Below the pieces are notes generated by a model. It was not told the DNA's origin, did no database searches, and saw nothing but the letters and a program-made list of their open reading frames with translations. A program made the translations under genes and the position numbers. A stretch of DNA of 64,000 nucleotides from Moniliella sp. 'wahieum' (lineage: Eukaryota): positions 248,001 through 312,000 of the forward strand of contig RSEE01000022.1 of the NCBI GenBank assembly GCA_003971905.1. The letters are read 5' to 3'. Numbering within the stretch: the stretch's first letter is position 1; every line of letters starts with the position of its first letter. This document shows, in pieces, positions 57,565 through 64,000 of the stretch.

Positions 57565-58569
57565 GGCAAGGGGAAGGGCAGAGGAGGGGACGGTGGTGGG
57601 GCTGAGGCAGGGATGGAGGAATGGAGGAGGAAAGGGGGGAATGCAATCCGCACGGCGCAGCCCGCGCGGAATGGGATGGGCGTGGGGCTGTACTGAGCTC
57701 GGGCTGCGGGCCAGGGGCCAAGTGTTGGGGGCGGGGCTGAATATTGAATGGGGGCCAGCGGCAGCCAGCGGCCGTCCGTGCGCGGCGCACTAGGCCACTG
57801 CCTATTGGGGCGGCGCCGCCGGGCCACGGCGGTGCACACTGGCCCTGTGCGCCACCCCGAGCTGCTCGCTCTTCCCATTGACTGGCGAACGGTAAGGTAA
57901 ACAGTAAACGCCGCAGCAGGCACACGTGTCCTGCTCGCCCCGCCCGGCATCTCTCGGCAGCCAGCGCCCACCGGCCCCACCACAGCCCACCCCGGCCACG
58001 CTGGCCACCCTCCACGGGCCAGGCCACCGACGTCACGTCACGTTGCTAGTGGCCATGCAACAGCGACACGCATCAACTACCAGGCTACCGTCCGGCGTAG
58101 TAGAGCGTGCTTCCATTCCCCTGCGTGTCACGACATGCGACACCCCTCGCCCACATGTCCCGGCGCTCTGCGAACGAACCAGAGTACGGCAGTCGATGTT
58201 TTGCAACTCAACTTGGTTCCTCGACAAAAAGTGTGGACCTGGCCTCAGGCGAAGAGACATCCAAGCTTCCGCCACCTAGTTCCAGCCCCTCCCTCCACCA
58301 CACATCCCAAGTCAGCATCTACTAATGTTGTCGCTTGGGCCTGAGTCTCAGCAGCCAGAGTCCCCACGCCCAGATGCGGCCGCATCCGATGGATGATGGT
58401 TGGTTGCCCCCCTGCGACTGAATGAGGCCAGCTAAAAAAGAGTCGAGCGGCCAGGCAATGCATCCCCCCGACTGTTATGGGCAAGGGGTGATATCTGCTG
58501 GCTGCGCCTAGTACGCTTGCGTACGTAGCTATGTAAAATCACTCGTGCGCCTCGAGGGGGGACATGCAT

Positions 58570-59090
58570 TCAGTCCGAAGTGGCGCGGGTGTAGACCAGC
58601 TGAGCGTGGTGGTGGACCACGCGCTTGATCTGACCCTCTTGTTCCAGGTGCTTAATTGCGCGCCGGGCGAGCGAGCCATTGATCTTCAACCGGTCAATCA
58701 GCGTCGATTGCGAGATGAACTTGAACGTCGGCACCTCCTTGATGATGCGGTCGTACGTGGCCTTGTCCAGCACCACATTGTTTGTGCCTTGTCCTTCACC
58801 TTGCCCTTGCTCCACTTCTTCTTGGCGCTCTTGGTGGCCGAAGCCAGGATGGCCGACTTCTTGGGGGGCACTACCACACAAGCGTTAGTTTCTCTTCTGT
58901 CCCACATGACCACCGGCTCATCATGGCCGAAACTAAGGACCCATTCGGACACCCCCCTGCTGGGTCCGGCGGCTTGGCCGCCTCGGCGCGCACGCAGGAC
59001 CAATACTCGCGACTGCGCCGAAAGCAGCGCTCCCGCAGGGAGAAGTCCCGCAACAGAACGGGTGCCACAGTTGGATACTTCGTACTTACT
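58570..59090 (-). CDS. RPS25: 40S ribosomal protein S25 (eS25)
   Basis: MPPKK...KKKWSKGKVKDKA...VVLDKATYDRIIKEVPTFKFISQSTLIDRLKINGSLAR...YTRAT. Intron 58871-59089 splits the ATG; one A is missing at ~58781. Confidence 0.97.
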
Positions 59091-59247
59091 TGTGACCAGC
59101 TCCGAGAGGTTGGCTTGGTAGAGAAGAGCACAATAGCGGTAGCCGCCATGAGGCGGTGACGCTGCCAGCAGCCAGCCATCCGGGTCAGTGGCGTTGTGCC
59201 GCCGCAAAGGAGGGGTGCAGGGGCAGTGTCCTATTTATTACGCCCTG

Positions 59248-59310
59248 CTAACCCTAGCTTACCAACCGTCGTAGCCGGTCGTAGCCTGATCGGGATGGGG
59301 GCACGTGACT
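59248..59310. promoter_or_regulatory. RPS25 upstream elements: telobox/Tbf1-like CTAACCCTAG (59248-59257) and Cbf1-type CACGTGAC (59302-59309)
   Basis: Motifs read directly, 160-220 bp upstream of the start. Assignment is by analogy to Tbf1/Cbf1-controlled fungal ribosomal-protein promoters. Confidence 0.5.
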
Positions 59311-59517
59311 ATAGGTGGCAATTTCCAACGACGGCTAGTAGTTAAGTGTTTTTTTGCATTTAAGTGGTTTTTTGCATTACATGGTCCCAAAAAGGTAGTC
59401 AGACATCCAAGCGTAGGTTTCACCCATTTTCCCGCATTCGCCCAGCGACCGACGGCAGGAACAAGGCCAGCCGTCATGAGCATCATCCGACAGCAAAAGC
59501 ATAGAACACATGTACGA

Positions 59518-60847
59518 TTAGGGGATGAGGAGAAACAACATCAAAAAGGCCCAAAGGGCGGAGGTCAAGGGGAGGGGGGACACCGTCCGTCTTGCAGATG
59601 AAAAGGAGGAGGAGGAGGAGGAGGAGGAGGAGGAGGGAGGAGGAGGAGGAGGAGGAGGAGGAGGAGGAGGACAAAACACTGGCCGTACCCGTCGTGGGCA
59701 ATGTGGTACTGGCAGCAGGCACGGGTGCCGCAGAACGGTAGGAACGGTTGCTACGGATGCAGGTCGGCCGTCGAGGTGGGCATTTGGGGGGCACGGCCGG
59801 TGCGTCGACGTTGTGTTCGTATTCGCACCAAAGGGGATGCCATTCACTGTGCTGCGGCCTGGAATGGTCCTTGCGCGGCTGTGCCATTTCCCGCTCAATA
59901 AAGTCGAGGAGGAAAGGTGGGGTAGGTTCGGCTGTAAGGGGGAGGTGCACCCTGCCACATCTGGAGGATGGAGGTGAGGAATTGGTTGTGGGGCGGCCTG
60001 GGTTGGGGATAAGGAGGCCGAGAACTCTTGGTCGAGAAAGTGGTTAACGAGGTACATTTGATTCGAAGGGGTAGCCCCCTGGCCCTGGGCGATCGAGGGA
60101 GCAGTGAAGGGAAGCGTGGTTTGGTCATAGGGCGTTTCCCAGATGGAGTTGAACTCGGGAAGGAGGTAGCCTTCACCCTGGCCCGACGAGAGGAAGGTAA
60201 CGAGAGTGGTACCTTGACCAATGGAGTGCAAGAGTGGGCCAGTCGTCATTGTTGGTCTGGTGGGGGTGTAAGTGCGTGCAGCCAAGCCGGTAGTCTGGAA
60301 CGCAGTCGCGAATCGAGCTGGGGGATTTTTCAGTGTTGACAAGGAGGAGGGTGAGCACATCGCTTGGATGCTGGTCGGACCACAGCTTGATCTCGCTCAG
60401 CCAAGCCTCTAGTGTTCCTCCATCCAACAGGGTGCAGGAGCTATGGCAGAGCTCGATTCCACTGCCGTTGGAGAGGCAGCGGGGGAGGGATGTGCTTGAG
60501 CCTGCAGCAACCTCACGCCCGCATCCAGTTGTTGGGTCACGTTCCACAGCTGGTTGGCAGCCACTACGTTGGGGCAGGTGTGCAGTCAGCTCACCTACTC
60601 GCGGGCTCTCACAGAGGAAAGTGGGGGGGGCACGTGGCGTACCGTTGTTGCTGGCGAACGCATAGGAATCGTGGGAACCAATGTAGGTGACGTTGGAGTA
60701 TTTGCGTCCGCAGAGAAGGGGAGAGCCGTTGCAGCTCGTCGCGGGGGGCAGCAGGGGACATGGACATGGGCATGGGCATGGGCGAGGCGCTCACGCCGCC
60801 AGTACCAAGAAGAGCGAACCGAGGCTGGGGAACAAATTTGTGCGCAT
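59518..60847 (-). CDS. PI-PLC X-domain (PLC-like phosphodiesterase) protein, secreted, probable GPI anchor
   Basis: Signal MRTNLFPSLGSLFLVLAA, CNGSPLLCGRKYSNVTYIGSHDSY, IELCHSSCTLLDGG, HPSDVLTLLLVN, IWETPYD, MYLVNHFLD, FLLDF. Thr/Ser-rich stalk, poly-Ser, then SSARRTVSPLPLTSALWAFLMLFLLIP*. Confidence 0.85.
59605..59670. repeat. (GGA)n microsatellite, ~22 units with a one-base register slip; poly-Ser on the minus strand
   Basis: Read directly. Confidence 0.95.
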
Positions 60848-61373
60848 GGGGACGATGGCGAGGGGGCGAGGGGGGTGGATGGACCGGACGGGACGGGATG
60901 GGATGGGAGCTGGGGCGGCTGCGGCGGCTGTGGGGGCTGGCTGGTTCATCGATTTCGTACGTTCACGATTTACCGAGGGCGCTGCGAATCACGATCGACA
61001 AATACCCGAGTTCTGCCGCCGTCCCGCGGGCAGCATAACCCAAGGCGGCATCCGCCCCACCGGCCTGTCCACCGGCCACCCCACCCGCCGCTGATCCAAG
61101 CGACCGCTGATCGTCGATCAACTCTTGACCCTTAAATTGGCGCTGGCCGTGGGCAGGATTGGACGATGGTCCCTAGTCCCTAGGGTCTTTGTACTGAACG
61201 AGCGCTCAGGCTGAGCGCTGACTAGGCTGACTAGCAGCACAGAGCAAGGTCGCTATCGATGACTGAGACAGCTTTTACCGTCTTTAGTATGGCACCCAGC
61301 GCACCGCACGAACAGCAGAGATGCATTAAACGCAACCAGTATATAGAGCAAGTATGCTTCTTCTCCAATATAT

Positions 61374-63063
61374 TCACCCAGCAAGGCCTGTGCACCCGGC
61401 CTCAGGGTTGGGCAAGCGACGGAGAACGTAGCGGTGGTGGAACACGGGCGGCCGGACGTCGATCCACCGGGAACGGGGTGTCCAAGCGCTCCTCCAGCGT
61501 CCAGAAATCACTAGGATGGTGCATCCCTCCTCCGAGCCCCCTCCCGACTGTGCCGGTGAGCTCGAGTCCGGCGGGGCCCGAGGATGCCGCCGCGAAAAGG
61601 GAGTATTGTACGAGTTGACCTGCAGAGGCCGCTCCAAAAACCCACATCGTTCCGACGAGTAGCTCATAATCAGCCATACACCACCCGGCCGAACCAGCGC
61701 AGCAAGGTGGATGGCAAGAACCACCAGTGGGTCTAGTCGATGCACCACTTTGGCGCTGGTGGTGGACGGGGAATGGAAAGTCGGGTTGGAGTTGGAATTG
61801 GAATTGGAATTGGAGTTGGAGTTGGCGTTGGAGTTGGCGTTGGAGTTGGAGTTAGAGTTGGAGTTGGAGTTGGAAAGGACCACGTTGGATTGGCCAGACT
61901 CACCAGAGCCTGAACCCGAGCCTGATGCAGCAGGTTGGGATCCGCCAGAGCCAGAGCCCGGGTGCGAGCCGGTGAGGGCCGACGCCTCATCAGACGAGAG
62001 TCCCGAAGAGCCAGACTGGGCATCTGGTCTGGGGCTCACTTGCACTCATGTTGGCGGGGAAGGCGTGTCGCCTGTGAACGATAGTTTCTTTTCGTCCGAG
62101 GGGAGAGAGAAGGAGCGAAGGGACGAGTTGGGGTCGCTGGAGCTAAACGTAGCCAGGTAATCGATTGTACTGCTGAAACGAACCCGAGTCGGGCATATGC
62201 AGTGCGTACCAACCCATAGGGAACAGGGGGCAACATGCTTCGGCAACCGCACTGGTGTTCGAATCGCTGCTGGTTTGGCCCTCTGGCTCTTTGGATGGTG
62301 GGATCTCTTTGGGGGAACTCTCCTTGACAGGTAAAGGCGAAGAGGCACCCCTACCCAGGATACTAAGCATCTCCTCCATCTCGTCTGCCTCGCCAAACAC
62401 ACATTGGGCCCCGTCGCAATCGCATCCGAGGTCGACTTGTCAAGGATAATGTCGAACAGGATCGGAGGTTCGGTACGAGATTTGTCCTGCCCACTCCCCT
62501 CTTGGAGCTTGAGCTGCCATCCTGCTCCAGCTCCGTTTGGAACTGGCCCATGAGGGCATGCCAGTCCAACAATCACCCACAATGTACCGCATGGCATCTC
62601 CATCCGTTGGCGGCTCAAGCTGCTTGGCCGCCTTGATGGCCGAGCTAACATAGTCCAAATTCTTCGGGTTGGTTAATACTTCCCACGCCACGGTCAGCGA
62701 ACCCAGAAATGCACATACCCAATAGTCGTGTCTTGGCAGCTTGGCACCCACCCATGCTGCGCCCGTGAGGACGTGAAGCGCACTTGAACCGCAGCCAATG
62801 TTCAGACAACGTATTGGCTCGTACGGCGACACGGTCTGGTCAGAGCTAGAGCGGCGGAGCCGGATCGTAGGTGGACCCGCTGCATGCGGCTATGCCTCCG
62901 AAGGAGATGGAGACGCATGCGTGGCAAGATAGTCAACAAAAGGCGGCAAGAGCGTGTCGGCGCCCGTGCCAAGCCACTCAAATTGTGTCCCGGCGGCAAG
63001 GTCGGACGCAAAACGCGATTCCCAGTAATCGGGCGTGTCGTATGCGGGGGGAGCGCCGCCCAT
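61374..63063 (-). CDS. Class I SAM-dependent methyltransferase (EEF1AKMT4/METTL13-N-like family)
   Basis: PAYDTPDYWESRF, FEWLG, CLNIGCGSSAL (motif I), NLDYVSSAI, FDIILDKSTSDAIA, DPLVVLAIHLAALVRPGGVWLIMSYSSER. 3' end approximate. Confidence 0.85.
61785..61874. repeat. Hexamer repeat (consensus GTTGGA) x15 encoding (Ser/Ala-Asn)15 on the minus strand
   Basis: 15 units counted; in frame with ORF 61374-62045. Confidence 0.95.
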
Positions 63064-64000
63064 AGTGGATGCTGGAGGTAGGTAGAATGGGGTGGCCGCG
63101 TTCAAGCAGGAAGGACCAGGAATGCTGGTCCGCAGTGGTGGTGGTGATGATGGTGGCAATGTGCAGACAGATGGATAAGGTGGGGTCTGAAATCAACTGC
63201 AATGTCGGGGGGGGCGCTGCGACGCTGGGGAAGGCAGGGGGCGGAGCGTGGCTGGAGGAGCGCGGCAGAGCTGAGCGATGCTGAGAACTGAGAACTGAGA
63301 TCCTAAGAGTTCTCTGATCCGGATGATCTGAGATGGTCGAGGGGTGGCAAGATGAGGCCAGCGGATGACGCAGATGACAGATGACGCGACGGCCCCGTGG
63401 CGGGTGGCTTGCCAGAGACGGCACCGGACGGCGGAGCGAAACACACGTGGTGGCTGGGCGCCTGGAGCACGCAGGCTGAGCGAGCGCTGAACGCCAATAT
63501 AACGCAAAGCATCCTAACGTTGGTTCGTTACCCCCGCTGGAAAAAGAAAAAAAAAAAAGCAGCCCGCGCCCGTGATTATGTAATTTCCAGGGATATTGAA
63601 ACCAACTGTCCGTCGTACGTTGAACATTCAAGTTCAACCTACTGCTCAACGTACTCACTACTCACTACTCACGACTCAACCTAGCCAACATTGCTTGTCG
63701 CTTAGATTGGTACGGGGCGTTCTAGCTCCTAGTAGATATAACTGGCTACCGCCGTTACCGATTGGGTCTTAGATCGTAGGCCCCAAAGCCTACTGCCTCA
63801 GTACTCGGACTGGATAGACCTAAGCTTCAGTGCTTCACGCCCTCAGGCTCAAGCCAATCGGGACTTCCTTCGCAGGATGCTCGAGGCACTCGGCAGCAGA
63901 CCAGAGAGGCTCGTGTCGCCGGAGGGAAAGGAAGGGTGCTTGAAAAGCTTGAATCAATAATCAGGCCTCAGGTCTCAGGACACTTCGACTTGAAGCTAGC

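Noticed and set aside
59483..59640. Poly-Leu transmembrane tail of the PLC-like protein (ORF 59483-59950)
   Set aside because: It arises from the one-base slip in the GGA repeat; the poly-Ser frame ends in a more convincing GPI signal at 59518.

Overview
Eukaryotic, not prokaryotic: a GC-rich, gene-dense stretch of a fungal nuclear chromosome. It is most likely a basidiomycete with a compact genome such as Ustilaginomycotina, inferred from short sparse introns with GTACGT/GTAAGT donors and CTRAC branch points. About 20 protein genes are recognisable. They include an Fhl1-like FHA protein, two amino-acid transporters, a coiled-coil protein, a proteinase-B-like subtilisin, an Srk1/Rck2 kinase, a CLK-like pseudokinase, an MFS transporter and a PITH protein. 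The rest are a secreted lipase, RING E3, alpha-arrestin, WDR70, PRP22, GMC oxidoreductase, PFK-2/FBPase-2, SPT small subunit, PLP aminotransferase, RPS25, a PI-PLC-like protein and a class I methyltransferase. There are four tRNA loci, three with introns and one degenerate. Almost every gene, including PRP22 and RPS25, carries 1-nt frameshifts, mostly in homopolymer runs. This indicates an unpolished long-read assembly, so CDS boundaries are approximate. I saw no CRISPR array, transposase or rRNA, and no clearly novel multi-gene system can be demonstrated. The best leads are: (i) a non-coding 'grammar' of CT(C/G)AG clusters upstream of most genes plus patches of short (interrupted) palindromes; (ii) GTCACGTG E-boxes at a near-constant distance from start codons; (iii) a catalytically dead CLK/LAMMER-type kinase; (iv) an RPS25 start codon assembled by splicing; (v) an unannotated small spliced gene with a downstream triple-hairpin element; and (vi) a degenerate tRNA-Lys next to a 159-bp-period repeat. 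All motif counts are by eye.
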